Assembly (NCBI RefSeq): GCF_012570145.1
Contig: NZ_CP046206.1
Span: forward strand, 212,324-244,323
Length of the DNA: 32,000 bases
Direction: 5' to 3'
DNA from: Enterobacteriaceae endosymbiont of Donacia provostii
GTDB taxonomy: Bacteria > Pseudomonadota > Gammaproteobacteria > Enterobacterales > Enterobacteriaceae
Part shown: positions 17,063 through 27,372 of the stretch, piece after piece
Numbering within the stretch: the first letter of the stretch is position 1
Layout of the letters: the number at the start of each line of letters is the position of its first letter
Position numbers and translations under genes: made by a program
The notes under the pieces: model-generated
Told to the model about the DNA's origin: nothing
Seen by the model: only the letters and a program-made list of their open reading frames with translations
Database searches by the model: none

Positions 17063-18368
17063 AAAAATTATTTTTCTTTATAATGTCAATTTTTCCATAT
17101 TCAGTTATTAATTGATTTTCTAAATCCATAATTAATTCATTATTATAAAATAATAATGGAGTTATTTCTCTTTTCCATTTAGGAATATCTAAATTTTTCC
17201 ATATATTATTTATATTTTTTTTATATTTAGAATTATTAAAATAATATTTTTTTGGTATATTATTAAATTTTATATATATAAATTCATTATTTTTTGGTTT
17301 TCTAATATTTATTAATGTTTTTTTATAATTATTATTATATAATATAGTGATATTACCTAAATTATAAGGTAATATTAAAGTTTTTGTAATATCATTCCAT
17401 TTAATTATATTTTTTTTTAAATTGGGAAAATATTTTAAACAAAATAAATAATTTTTATGTTTTCTAATAATATATTTTCCTATTTTAACTTGAGGATTAT
17501 TATTTTTTTTACAACATATAATCTCATTCCATATAATATTTAATAATTTTCTTGATGGCATTAAATAATATTGATTATATTCTATCCATTTTCTAATAAT
17601 AAAATTTCTTTTTTCTTTATTAAAATTAAATAAAGGAAGAATTAATAAACTATTATCTTTTTGAATCAACTTTATTAGTATAGGTTTAATTAAATTATTT
17701 AATAATTTTTCTTGTTCTTTATAATTCTGAATTGATCTAACTAGAGTTTTTTGAAAATATGGCCATCTTTGTATAATTTTTGGTATAATAATATTACGTA
17801 AAAAATTACGATCATATTTTATATCTTTATTACTAGGATCTTCTATCCAATTTATTTTTTTTTTTATAGCATAATTTATTATTAAATTTTTACTTATATT
17901 TAAAAAAGGACGTAAAATTATAAAATTATTTAATTTTCTAATTAAAGACATACATGATAATCCTTTAGAACCACTTCCTCTTTTTAAAGCTAAAAAAAAG
18001 GTTTCACATTGCTCATCTAAATTATGAGCAGTAACTAAAATTTCATTATTTTTAATAATTTTTTTAAAAATACTATATCTTTTTTTACGTGTATATTCTT
18101 CTATATTATTTTTTTGATTTATATAAATATTTTTATATATAAATAAAACGTTTAATTTTTTACATTGTAAAAAACAAAATTTCATCCAATTATTGGATTT
18201 TTTATTTAAATTATGATTGATATGAATAGCTCTTATTTTAAGTTGGTATTTTTTCCTTAATTTAACTAAATTATATAATAATACAGTTGAATCTATTCCC
18301 CCACTGTATGCTAATAATATATTCTTGAAATTACATAATATATCTTGTATTTTTTTTTTTATTAACAT
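17037..18368 (-). CDS. tilS: tRNA(Ile)-lysidine synthase
   Basis: N-terminal PP-loop LLAYSGGIDSTVLL. The length is similar to E. coli TilS. It lies downstream of dnaE and convergent with proS, as in the E. coli region. Confidence 0.88.
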   Translation of the reverse strand: MLIKKKIQDILCNFKNILLAYSGGIDSTVLLYNLVKLRKKYQLKIRAIHINHNLNKKSNNWMKFCFLQCKKLNVLFIYKNIYINQKNNIEEYTRKKRYSIFKKIIKNNEILVTAHNLDEQCETFFLALKRGSGSKGLSCMSLIRKLNNFIILRPFLNISKNLIINYAIKKKINWIEDPSNKDIKYDRNFLRNIIIPKIIQRWPYFQKTLVRSIQNYKEQEKLLNNLIKPILIKLIQKDNSLLILPLFNFNKEKRNFIIRKWIEYNQYYLMPSRKLLNIIWNEIICCKKNNNPQVKIGKYIIRKHKNYLFCLKYFPNLKKNIIKWNDITKTLILPYNLGNITILYNNNYKKTLINIRKPKNNEFIYIKFNNIPKKYYFNNSKYKKNINNIWKNLDIPKWKREITPLLFYNNELIMDLENQLITEYGKIDIIKKNNFFIDFQKKY

Positions 18369-18410
18369 AATTATATATTTATTTATAATTTTATATAAAA
18401 AGTAATTTTA

Positions 18411-21400
18411 TTAATTAAATTCTAATTTAATATTTTGTTGATTTAATAAATCAATTAATTTATTAAAAATATTTAGTTTAATAGAAATAAAATAAGATTT
18501 ATTAAAATAAATTTTTTTTCTTGAATATAAATGTTCATAAAAAAAATATATCTGTATATTTTTTATATTTTTTTCTTTTTTACAAAATAAAATTTTTTTT
18601 AATTTTTTAAAAAAAATAGTATTATTTAAAATTTTTTTACTTGTAAAAATAATATTTATATTATTTAAATATTTTTCTCTTGCAGTCGTTATATCAATAA
18701 TATTATTTACATCACATACAAATAATTTTAAAAAATTATTAAAATATAATATTCCATTAATAATAACTATATTATTTAATTTAATTATATTATTTTTATT
18801 ACTTAATAAATCAAAAGATAAATTTATTTCTAATATATCAGAACTATCATCTAAATTAAATAAAAAAATTTTTTGTTTTTTTTTATTGTAAGTAATACGA
18901 ATATTATTAATTATTCCTCCTATTACAATTCTTGTAGGTTTTTTATATTTTTGTATAAAATATCTTATATTATAATTTTTAGTATAAAATAAAATTTCTT
19001 TAATAAATTCACTTAATGGATGACCTGTTAAATAAAAACCTAAAATATTTTTTTCTTTTATTAAAATATCTTTATTAATCCATGATAAATTTATATCATC
19101 ATCAATAAAATTATTATTTTCTAACAAATTATGATCTTCATTACTAAAAAAATCTATTTGTTTAGTTTTTTTTTCTTCTAAATATTTATTTGTTAATTTT
19201 ATAATTTTTTCTAAATTATTTATTAATAATCCTCTATTAAAATTAAATGTATCTAATGATCCAGATAATATTAAAGTTTCTATAATTTTTTTACTTAATT
19301 TTGCAAAATTTATTTTTATAAAAAAATGAAATATAGATTTAAAAAAACCTATTTTTTTTCTAATATTCAATATATTTAAAGATAATTGTTCCCCAATACC
19401 TTTAATAGCTCCTAATCCATAAACTATATCACCATCATGATTTACATGAAATTTATATAGACTAGTATTTATATTAGGAGGTAAAATTTTAATTTTCATT
19501 CTTTTACATTCATGAATTAAATAAATAATTTTATTTTTATTATCCATTTCAGATGTTAAAACTGACGCCATAAATTCTGATGGATAATATAATTTTAACC
19601 ACAAAGTTTGATAAGATATTAAAGCATAACCAGCAGAATGAGATTTATTAAATCCATATGAAGCAAATTTTTCTAAAAAATTAAAAATTTTCATAGATAA
19701 AGTATCATCAATATTTAATTTTTTAGAACCTTGTAAAAAACGTTTTCTTTGTTTTGACATTTCTTTATGTTGTTTTTTACTAATTACTCTTCTTAAAATA
19801 TCTGCTTCTCCCAAACTATAGTTAGCTAATACTTGGGCTATTTTCATAACTTGTTCCTGATATAAAATGATACCGTATGTAGATTTTAATATTGGTTTTA
19901 ATGTTTTATGTTGCCAATTTTTATCAGGATATGAAATAATTTCTCTACCATGTTTTCTATTAATAAAATTTTCTACCATTCCTGATTGTAATGGTCCTGG
20001 TCTAAATAAAGCTAATAATGCAATTAAATCTTCAAAATTATCAGGTTTTAATTGTATAATTAATTCTTTAATACCTTTAGATTCTAATTGAAAAATTCCT
20101 GTAGTTTGTGCTTTTTGTAAAAAATTATAAATTTTTTTATCATTTAAAATTAAATTGTTAATATCTAATATTTTTTGATTATTTTTAATTAATTTTTTAT
20201 TAATCATTTTAACCGCATAATCAATTACAGTTAAAGTTCTTAAGCCTAAAAAATCAAATTTTATTAATCCAATATCTTCTATATCATTTTTATCAAATTG
20301 AGTTACTATATTATCACCATTATTATCACAATATATAGTTGTATATTGCGTAATATTATTAGGTGATATTACAACACCGCCAGCATGTTTTCCAATATTT
20401 CTAATTGTACCTTCTAACTTAAGAGATGTATTTACTAATTCTCTAATATTATTATCTGATTTATATAAATTAAATAATATTTTATTTTTTAAAAAAGCTT
20501 TTTTTAAATCAATACCTATATCTACAGGAATTAATTTAGAAATACGATTAATAAAATCGTATGGATAACCTAAAACTCTACCAACATCTCTAATAACAGA
20601 TTTTGCAGTCATTTTACCAAATGTTATAATTTGAAATACTGAATCATATCCATATATTTTTTTTACATGATTAATAACTAAATCACGTTTTTCCATACAA
20701 AAATCAATATCAAAATCTGGTAGTGATACTCTTTCTTTATTTAAAAATCTTTCAAAAATTAAATCAAATTTTATAGGATCTAAATTAGTAATGTTTAAAA
20801 CATAAGATACTAAAGAACCAGCTCCTGAACCTCTCGCAGGCCCTACAGGTATATGATTTTTTTTAGCCCATCTTACAAATTCCATTACTATAAGAAAATA
20901 GCTAGGAAAACCCATATAATTAATAATTTTTAATTCTTGATCTAATCTGTTTTTATATTTTATATATTTTTTTTCAAAATTATGTATATTAGGATATAAA
21001 ATATTTAATTTTTTTTTTAAACCTTGATAAGATTTTTTTATAATATAATTTTCTGGTGTTATATTTTTTTGTATTTTAAATTTTGGTAAAAAATATTTAC
21101 CTAAAGGTAAAAATAAAGTACATCTTTTAGCTATTTCTACACTATTAGATAGTGCTTGAGGTATATCCTTAAAAAGAATATACATTTCTTTTGTACTTTT
21201 TAAAAATTGATTTTTACTATAATAACGATTTTTATAGTTTTTATTTATATTCAAACCTTTGTTAATTGCAATTCTAATTTCATGTGCATAATAATCTTCT
21301 TTATTTAAAAAACGAACATCATTAGTAGCAACTAGAGGAATAGCAAAATAACTAGATATATCTATAATTCTAGTAATGAATTCTTCTTCATTTATACGAT

Positions 21401-21917
21401 TTGTACGTATTATTTCAAAATAAAAATTATTACTAAAATATTTTTTATAAAAAAAAATAATTTTTTTTATTGCTAAAATATTTTGTTTTAATAAATATTT
21501 CCCAATTTCTCCTTTAAAATTAGATAATATAATTAAACCTTTATTATATTTTGCAAGTAAATTATAAGTAATTATAGGACCTATATCACTATCATAACCG
21601 TTTCTGTAACTATAGAATATTATTAATTTTAAATTTTGATAACCAATATTATTTTTAACTAAAATAGTTATTTTAGAATATTGACGATCATTAAAATTTT
21701 TAATTTTAAAATCAGCTCCAATAATTGCTTTTAATCCTAAATCATGAGATTTTTTATAAAATTTAACTAAACCAAATATATTATTAAAATCTGTAATAGC
21801 TATAGCAGGCATATTTAATAATTTAGCTTTATTTATAATTTGTTCTATTTTAGCAATACCATCTTTAATAGAATAATCACTATGCACATGTAAATGAATA
21901 AATTTCGGAGAATTCAT
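18411..21917 (-). CDS. dnaE: DNA polymerase III alpha subunit
   Basis: PHP domain FIHLHVHSDYS. Polymerase catalytic aspartates LPDFDIDFC. Length of 1168 aa. Conserved blocks GIFQLES, LALFRPGP and YGFNKSHSAGYA. Confidence 0.97.
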   Translation of the reverse strand: MNSPKFIHLHVHSDYSIKDGIAKIEQIINKAKLLNMPAIAITDFNNIFGLVKFYKKSHDLGLKAIIGADFKIKNFNDRQYSKITILVKNNIGYQNLKLIIFYSYRNGYDSDIGPIITYNLLAKYNKGLIILSNFKGEIGKYLLKQNILAIKKIIFFYKKYFSNNFYFEIIRTNRINEEEFITRIIDISSYFAIPLVATNDVRFLNKEDYYAHEIRIAINKGLNINKNYKNRYYSKNQFLKSTKEMYILFKDIPQALSNSVEIAKRCTLFLPLGKYFLPKFKIQKNITPENYIIKKSYQGLKKKLNILYPNIHNFEKKYIKYKNRLDQELKIINYMGFPSYFLIVMEFVRWAKKNHIPVGPARGSGAGSLVSYVLNITNLDPIKFDLIFERFLNKERVSLPDFDIDFCMEKRDLVINHVKKIYGYDSVFQIITFGKMTAKSVIRDVGRVLGYPYDFINRISKLIPVDIGIDLKKAFLKNKILFNLYKSDNNIRELVNTSLKLEGTIRNIGKHAGGVVISPNNITQYTTIYCDNNGDNIVTQFDKNDIEDIGLIKFDFLGLRTLTVIDYAVKMINKKLIKNNQKILDINNLILNDKKIYNFLQKAQTTGIFQLESKGIKELIIQLKPDNFEDLIALLALFRPGPLQSGMVENFINRKHGREIISYPDKNWQHKTLKPILKSTYGIILYQEQVMKIAQVLANYSLGEADILRRVISKKQHKEMSKQRKRFLQGSKKLNIDDTLSMKIFNFLEKFASYGFNKSHSAGYALISYQTLWLKLYYPSEFMASVLTSEMDNKNKIIYLIHECKRMKIKILPPNINTSLYKFHVNHDGDIVYGLGAIKGIGEQLSLNILNIRKKIGFFKSIFHFFIKINFAKLSKKIIETLILSGSLDTFNFNRGLLINNLEKIIKLTNKYLEEKKTKQIDFFSNEDHNLLENNNFIDDDINLSWINKDILIKEKNILGFYLTGHPLSEFIKEILFYTKNYNIRYFIQKYKKPTRIVIGGIINNIRITYNKKKQKIFLFNLDDSSDILEINLSFDLLSNKNNIIKLNNIVIINGILYFNNFLKLFVCDVNNIIDITTAREKYLNNINIIFTSKKILNNTIFFKKLKKILFCKKEKNIKNIQIYFFYEHLYSRKKIYFNKSYFISIKLNIFNKLIDLLNQQNIKLEFN

Positions 21918-21942
21918 ATTTTATATCAATATATAATGTTTA

Positions 21943-22389
21943 TTAATTAGATTTAAATTTTTTTTGCATATTTACACATATAATTTTTGCTTTACAAATA
22001 ATTTGATTATTAATTTTTGAAATACTATCAAAAAATATAAAAGATTTTTTTTGTTTTCGTAAAAAACTTTCTATTATTACTTGATCTCCTGGAAAAATAA
22101 ATTTTTTAAAACGTACTTTATCAATACCTGTTACATAATACATAAATTTATTTTGATTTATATTACTTTTATAAATTAATAATCCTGTAGTTTGGATCAT
22201 AGATTCTAATAATAATACACCAGGATAAACTGGATTTTTAGGAAAATGTCCTTGAAAAAAAGGTTCATTTATAGATATATTTTTTATAGCATATAAAAAT
22301 TTAAACTTTTTAAATGCTATAATTTTATCCACTAAAATAAATGGATATCTATGAGGTAAAATTGACAAAATTTCATTAATATTTAACAT
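21943..22389 (-). CDS. fabZ: 3-hydroxyacyl-ACP dehydratase
   Basis: LPHRYPFILVDKI, the active-site His in FFQGHFP and the Glu in PGVLLLESMIQ. It lies between skp and dnaE. Confidence 0.95.
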   Translation of the reverse strand: MLNINEILSILPHRYPFILVDKIIAFKKFKFLYAIKNISINEPFFQGHFPKNPVYPGVLLLESMIQTTGLLIYKSNINQNKFMYYVTGIDKVRFKKFIFPGDQVIIESFLRKQKKSFIFFDSISKINNQIICKAKIICVNMQKKFKSN

Positions 22390-22443
22390 ATATAATTTTT
22401 TTTTATAAAAAAACCTTTTTTAAAATAAATTTTATTATTCATT

Positions 22444-22968
22444 TTATATAAATAAAATATTATTTTGTTGAATTGCTAAATTTATTACATCATCTGTTAT
22501 ATCTTTGACATCTTTATTAATATAAGCTACAGAAGAAATATCTATAATAATATTATAATGATTTTTTTCAGCAATCATATTTATCAATTTATGAATAAAA
22601 ATTAATATTTTATTACGTGCATTTTCTTGTTTTTGACGATTTTTTTGTGTATAAAATTTTATTTTTTCTATTAAAATTTTTTTTTCATCTTTTATTTCTC
22701 TTTCTAGTATTTCTCTATATTTTTTAGATAAATTTTTATTTTCTAATTTTTTTGTTTTAGATAAAAATAATTTTTTCATTTTTTTTATAACTAAAAAATC
22801 AGCATATAATTCTCTTTCTAATTTTTTATTTAGTTTTTTTTTTTGAGGTATTATGTCAAAAATTTTAGCAATATTAACTACTGCTATTTTTGTACAACAG
22901 TACACTTTTTGATGAAAGAAACTTGAAACGATTAAAATTAATATTAAAAATTTAAAAAAATTTTTCAT
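22444..22968 (-). CDS. skp: Periplasmic chaperone Skp (OmpH)
   Basis: Hydrophobic N-terminal signal sequence MKNFFKFLILILIVSSFF. TKIAVVNIAKIF matches E. coli DKIAIVNMGSLF. The C-terminal VAYINKDVKDITDDVI matches VAYNSSDVKDITADVL. It lies directly downstream of bamA. Confidence 0.88.
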   Translation of the reverse strand: MKNFFKFLILILIVSSFFHQKVYCCTKIAVVNIAKIFDIIPQKKKLNKKLERELYADFLVIKKMKKLFLSKTKKLENKNLSKKYREILEREIKDEKKILIEKIKFYTQKNRQKQENARNKILIFIHKLINMIAEKNHYNIIIDISSVAYINKDVKDITDDVINLAIQQNNILFI

Positions 22969-23002
22969 ATTTAAAATACTCCATATTTTTTAATAGTTAT
23001 TA

Positions 23003-25351
23003 TTATAATTTTTGAGCAAAATTAAATTGAAAAAATTGAATTTTATCCATTTTATATTTTTTTAATGGATATGCAAAAGAAATAATTATATCACCAAATG
23101 AAGTACGAAATTGAAAAGATAAACCAATAGAAGTTCTTATTTGTGATAAAATATTAAATTTAGAAATTTTATATAATTTAGATAAATAATTATTTTTTAA
23201 TGAAGTATCAATTACATTACCTATATCTAAAAATATAGAAGATCTGATTTGTTTAATAAAAATATTATCTATTAATGATAGAGGAATAATTAATTCATTA
23301 TTTATATTAAATAAAACATTACCACCTACTGAATAATCAGATAAACAAATAGTTTTATTATTACAATTATATTCTTTTGAAGAATAATATATACCCTTAG
23401 GTCCAATACTATTGGTTTGAAAACCTCTAATAGAATTAACCCCACCTAAATAAAAATTCTTATAAAAAGGATATTTCCCCCCTAAAAATCCATTTCCATA
23501 ACTAAAATTACTTCTAAATAAAAAAATAATTAAATTATTACATTGTAGAGTATTCTGTAATTTAGATAAATCAAATAACGGTATATATTGTGTATAATTA
23601 AAATTAATTTTATAGTAACGATTTTTACTATACCAAGGAATAGAAAAATAAGTATCTAAAGAACTTAAGATACCATTTAATGGTAAATTAAAACTATTTA
23701 AGTTTTTAAAAATTAATGTATGATGAATTACAAATTCATCTAATACATAATATTTATATGATTTATTATATATTTGATAACCTATATTTCGAAGATAATT
23801 CCACAACAATATTTGTGGTTCAATATTACTAATTTTATTTTTTATAAATCCAATTTTATGAATTATAAAAATATTTTTATTAATAGGTAATTTAAATATT
23901 CCTAAAAAACCTTTGTTTTTATTTATATAATTATAAAAAAAACTATCATCTTCATTTATAGAATTTAAAAATATTTTTATACCAGAATTAATTTTTTTAA
24001 AAAAAGCATGATTTTTCATAATAAAAATTTCTAAATAATAATGATAAAAATCTTTATGAAGATCAATATTTACATCATATCCAGTACCTATAAAATTATT
24101 TTGTTTTAAAATAGTATTAAATCCTAATGAACCATCTTTTATTATTCCTAATCCTGTTCTTAAAAAACCATCATTTTTTTCATCAACTTTAAATACAACA
24201 TTTAACATATTTTTTAAATCATGATTTTTATATAAAAGAATTTCAATATGGTTAAAATAACCTAAAGATAACAATCTTTTTTTTGTTTTTTTAATTAATG
24301 TAATATTTATTGGATCACCTTCTAATTGTAATAATTCATTTCTTAAAAGAAAATCTTTAGTAAAATTATTTCCTAAAAAATTTATTTTTTTCACATAATA
24401 TTTTTTATTAGTATTAATATTAATTAATATATTAACTATATTTTTTCTTTTATTTATAATTTGTTTTATTATAATTTTAGAATTTAAAAATCCATTTTCT
24501 TTTAAAAATTTTGTTATTTTATATTGTAGTTTTGAATTTATATTAGTTTTATAAACTGTTCCAGGAAAAACATTAGTAATTTTTTTTATAGATTTTATTA
24601 AATATTTGTTTTTATTTAATTTAATTAATATTTTTTTATAAAAAAATGGTTTATTTTCTTGAATTTTAATTGTTAAATAATTTTTTTTTTCATGATATGA
24701 AATATTTGTTTTAACGTCTTTGATCTGAAAATTTAAATATCCTTGATTTATATAAAAATTATTTAATTTATTTAATAAATGATAAATATCATTAATATGA
24801 TATTTTTTTCTTTTTGTAAAGAAAAATAAAAATTTATTATTAATATTTAAATAATTTAATAAAAAATTAGTTTTATAAAATTTATTACCTATAATATTAA
24901 TTATATCTATATTAATAAAATTATTTTTTTTGAATAAAATTTTAATATTTACTACTTTTTTAGATAAAGATTGTTTTTTTTTTATATGAGAAATAAATAT
25001 ATAATTTTTTATAAACATTAATTTTATATTTTGTTTAAATAATATTAATAAATTTTTATTTTGAATAATATTAAAAATATTATTAATACTGTTTAAATAT
25101 ATAATTTGAAATATATTAAATATTTTTTTTGAAGAAAAATTATTTTTTCTTATATAAGAATATATTTTATCATTTTTGAAGTTAGTTTTATTTAAATTTA
25201 AAAAAATTATTTGATGCATATAATTATTTTTTTTATATAAAATATTTGCATAACACAAAATTTTTATATTAAAAATAAATAAAAAAATTAATAAAAATTT
25301 ATAAAAATGAAAAACTTTTATTAATTTTTTTTTAAAACTTATTAATATCAT
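23003..25351 (-). CDS. bamA: Outer membrane protein assembly factor BamA
   Basis: 782 aa. The C-terminal barrel has FYKNFYLGGVNSIRGFQTNSIGPKG and VGGN, and ends KIQFFQFNFAQKL (E. coli: AEQFQFNIGKTW). The POTRA region is strongly diverged. It sits between the rseP remnant and skp. Confidence 0.92.
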   Translation of the reverse strand: MILISFKKKLIKVFHFYKFLLIFLFIFNIKILCYANILYKKNNYMHQIIFLNLNKTNFKNDKIYSYIRKNNFSSKKIFNIFQIIYLNSINNIFNIIQNKNLLILFKQNIKLMFIKNYIFISHIKKKQSLSKKVVNIKILFKKNNFINIDIINIIGNKFYKTNFLLNYLNINNKFLFFFTKRKKYHINDIYHLLNKLNNFYINQGYLNFQIKDVKTNISYHEKKNYLTIKIQENKPFFYKKILIKLNKNKYLIKSIKKITNVFPGTVYKTNINSKLQYKITKFLKENGFLNSKIIIKQIINKRKNIVNILININTNKKYYVKKINFLGNNFTKDFLLRNELLQLEGDPINITLIKKTKKRLLSLGYFNHIEILLYKNHDLKNMLNVVFKVDEKNDGFLRTGLGIIKDGSLGFNTILKQNNFIGTGYDVNIDLHKDFYHYYLEIFIMKNHAFFKKINSGIKIFLNSINEDDSFFYNYINKNKGFLGIFKLPINKNIFIIHKIGFIKNKISNIEPQILLWNYLRNIGYQIYNKSYKYYVLDEFVIHHTLIFKNLNSFNLPLNGILSSLDTYFSIPWYSKNRYYKINFNYTQYIPLFDLSKLQNTLQCNNLIIFLFRSNFSYGNGFLGGKYPFYKNFYLGGVNSIRGFQTNSIGPKGIYYSSKEYNCNNKTICLSDYSVGGNVLFNINNELIIPLSLIDNIFIKQIRSSIFLDIGNVIDTSLKNNYLSKLYKISKFNILSQIRTSIGLSFQFRTSFGDIIISFAYPLKKYKMDKIQFFQFNFAQKL

Positions 25352-26585
25352 TTATAAATGTAATCCCCATAATAATTATTACTATAATTATACTAAAAAA
25401 ATATACTAATTGTTTAGTTTTATTAGATATTTTTTTATTAGTTATTTTTTCAAAAATTAAAAATAATAATTGTCTACCATCTAATATTAGCAAAGGAAAT
25501 AAATTAATTATACTTAAATTAAGACTTATTATTGCTAAAATATAAAATAATATGTAATATTATCTCGAAATAATATACTAGTAAATATGACCTATATAAA
25601 TAGGTCCATTAAATTTAGAAACATTTATTTTATTTAAGAATAAAGATATAAAAGAATAAATAATTAATTTTATTATTTTATAAGTTTAATATAATGATTT
25701 ATTTAATGCTTGAAAAAAATTAATTTTATATTGAAAATATAATTTATTCTTATTTTTATTTATTGCAGGTAAAAAAACTAAAAAACCAATTTTATCTTAA
25801 AGATAAGATATTAATCTTAATATTATTTTTTTCTTTGAATTTTTAAATGAATAATTTTATTAGGATTCTTATAAATAATTTTTTGAAATTGATACCAATT
25901 AATAATTTTTTTCCTTCTATATTTAAAATTTTATCTCTAATAATTAAATTAGATTTAGCTACAGGAGATTTAGGAATTATATAACTAATAATAGGATAAA
26001 TTTTTAATTCTTGAGGTAATATTCCTAATATTGTTATTAAATTTTAAATTTATATATTTTTTTTTATAAATATTTTTTATTAATAATATATTTAAATTAT
26101 TTAAATATTTAACTTTAATACTATTAATTTTTTAAATTTTAATATTAGGTTCTAAATGAATTCTACTTTTAATAGAAGTATAATTAATTTCATTAATAAT
26201 ATTAGTTTTAATAGGTAATCCTTTTAAAAAAAATGTAAAATAAATTAATTTTGCAAAAATAATATTTGATAAAAGTCCAGCAGATAAAATACATATTTTT
26301 TTTAAAAAACTTAATTAGTTAAAAGTTAATAATTTAAATTTATTAATATTATGAATATTATTTTTTATTGATTCAGAAATTTTAACATATTTCACCTAAA
26401 GATGATAATCTAATAATATAACGAGTACCATATTTATCATGATACTGAAATATTTTTTTACTAAAACATAATGAAAAACATTCTATATAAGTTTTAAAAA
26501 AACGTGCAACATAAAAATGTCCAAATTCATGAACAATAATAAGCGTAATCATAGTTATTAAAAATATTATTGTATTATATATCAA
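25332..26585 (-). pseudogene. rseP: rseP (site-2 zinc metalloprotease of the sigma-E pathway), nearly full-length but with multiple nonsense and frameshift lesions
   Basis: - N-terminal fragment (26382-26585): carries HEFGHFYVAR and starts at TTG.
- Frameshift near 26390, after which the sequence reads YVKISES...
- In-frame stops at 26315-26317, 26132-26134, 25797-25799, 25686-25688, 25578-25580 and 25560-25562.
- Further frameshifts at about 26040-26070 and about 25826.
- PDZ-like fragment: LGILPQELKIYPIISYIIPKSPVAKSNLIIRDKILNIEGKKI.
- C-terminal fragment (25332-25559): NLFPLLILDGRQLLFLIFEKI...FINDINKF, matching E. coli [21 protein letters not shown]...FNDFSRL. Confidence 0.9.
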
Positions 26586-26643
26586 AATTATAGCTTCTAA
26601 ATTTTAACATTTATATTTATAATAATATGTAAAAATAATTTAT

Positions 26644-27372
26644 TTAATCTCCACCAAAACGACGATTTCTTTTTTTAAATTCATTAATTGCTTTTTTAAA
26701 ATCATATTCACTAAAATCAGGCCATAATGTTTTAGTAAAATATAATTCTGAATAAGCAATTTGCCAAATCAAAAAATTACTAATACGATATTCTCCTCCT
26801 GTTCTAATTACTAAATCTATAGAAGGAATATTGTTCAAACAAATATAATTATTTATTAAATTTTCATTAATATTATTAGGATCTATTTTTTTTTGATGAA
26901 TTTTTAAAATAATTTTTTTTACACTATTTGTTATATCCCAACGTCCACCATAATTAATAGCTATATTTAATAATAATTTGTTATTATTTTTTGTTAGAAA
27001 TTCTGCCTTAGTAATAGATTTTTTTAAAGAAAAATTTAATTTATCTATATTACCAATAATTTTTAAACATATATTTTGTTTTTTTAAATTTATTGTTTCT
27101 ATATCAAGGACTTCTTGAAATAAATTCATTAGAAAATTAATTTCATGACTAGATCGTGTCCAATTTTCACTACTAAAAGCATATAAAGTTAATACTTTAA
27201 TTTTATATTTTAATGATAAACCAATAATTTTTTTTACCGTTTTTACTCCTTTTTTATGTCCTACAAATTTTAATTGTTTATTTTTTTTTGCCCATCTCCT
27301 ATTACCATCCATAATAATAGCAATATGTTTAGGATAAGAATTAATATTTTTATATAAAAATTTTTTGTCCAT
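26644..27372 (-). CDS. uppS: Undecaprenyl pyrophosphate synthase
   Basis: HIAIIMDGNRRWAKK, YAFSSENWTRS, RTGGEYRISNFLIWQIAYSELYF and the C-terminal RRFGG are all hallmarks of cis-prenyltransferase UppS. Confidence 0.96.
   Translation of the reverse strand: MDKKFLYKNINSYPKHIAIIMDGNRRWAKKNKQLKFVGHKKGVKTVKKIIGLSLKYKIKVLTLYAFSSENWTRSSHEINFLMNLFQEVLDIETINLKKQNICLKIIGNIDKLNFSLKKSITKAEFLTKNNNKLLLNIAINYGGRWDITNSVKKIILKIHQKKIDPNNINENLINNYICLNNIPSIDLVIRTGGEYRISNFLIWQIAYSELYFTKTLWPDFSEYDFKKAINEFKKRNRRFGGD

Noticed and set aside
25589-25606. Hairpin GACCTAT-ATAA-ATAGGTC inside the bamA-uppS gap, considered as a possible small RNA or terminator.
   Set aside because: It lies within the rseP remnant and encodes the conserved NGPIYIG segment (E. 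coli SGPISIA). The G/C content there is residual coding conservation, and the stem is only 7 bp.
26382-26585. 67-aa ORF that could be read as a small stand-alone membrane metalloprotease gene.
   Set aside because: It is the N-terminal fragment of rseP (HEFGHF motif), cut off by a frameshift. The rest of rseP continues downstream in other frames with multiple stops, so I treat it as part of the pseudogene.
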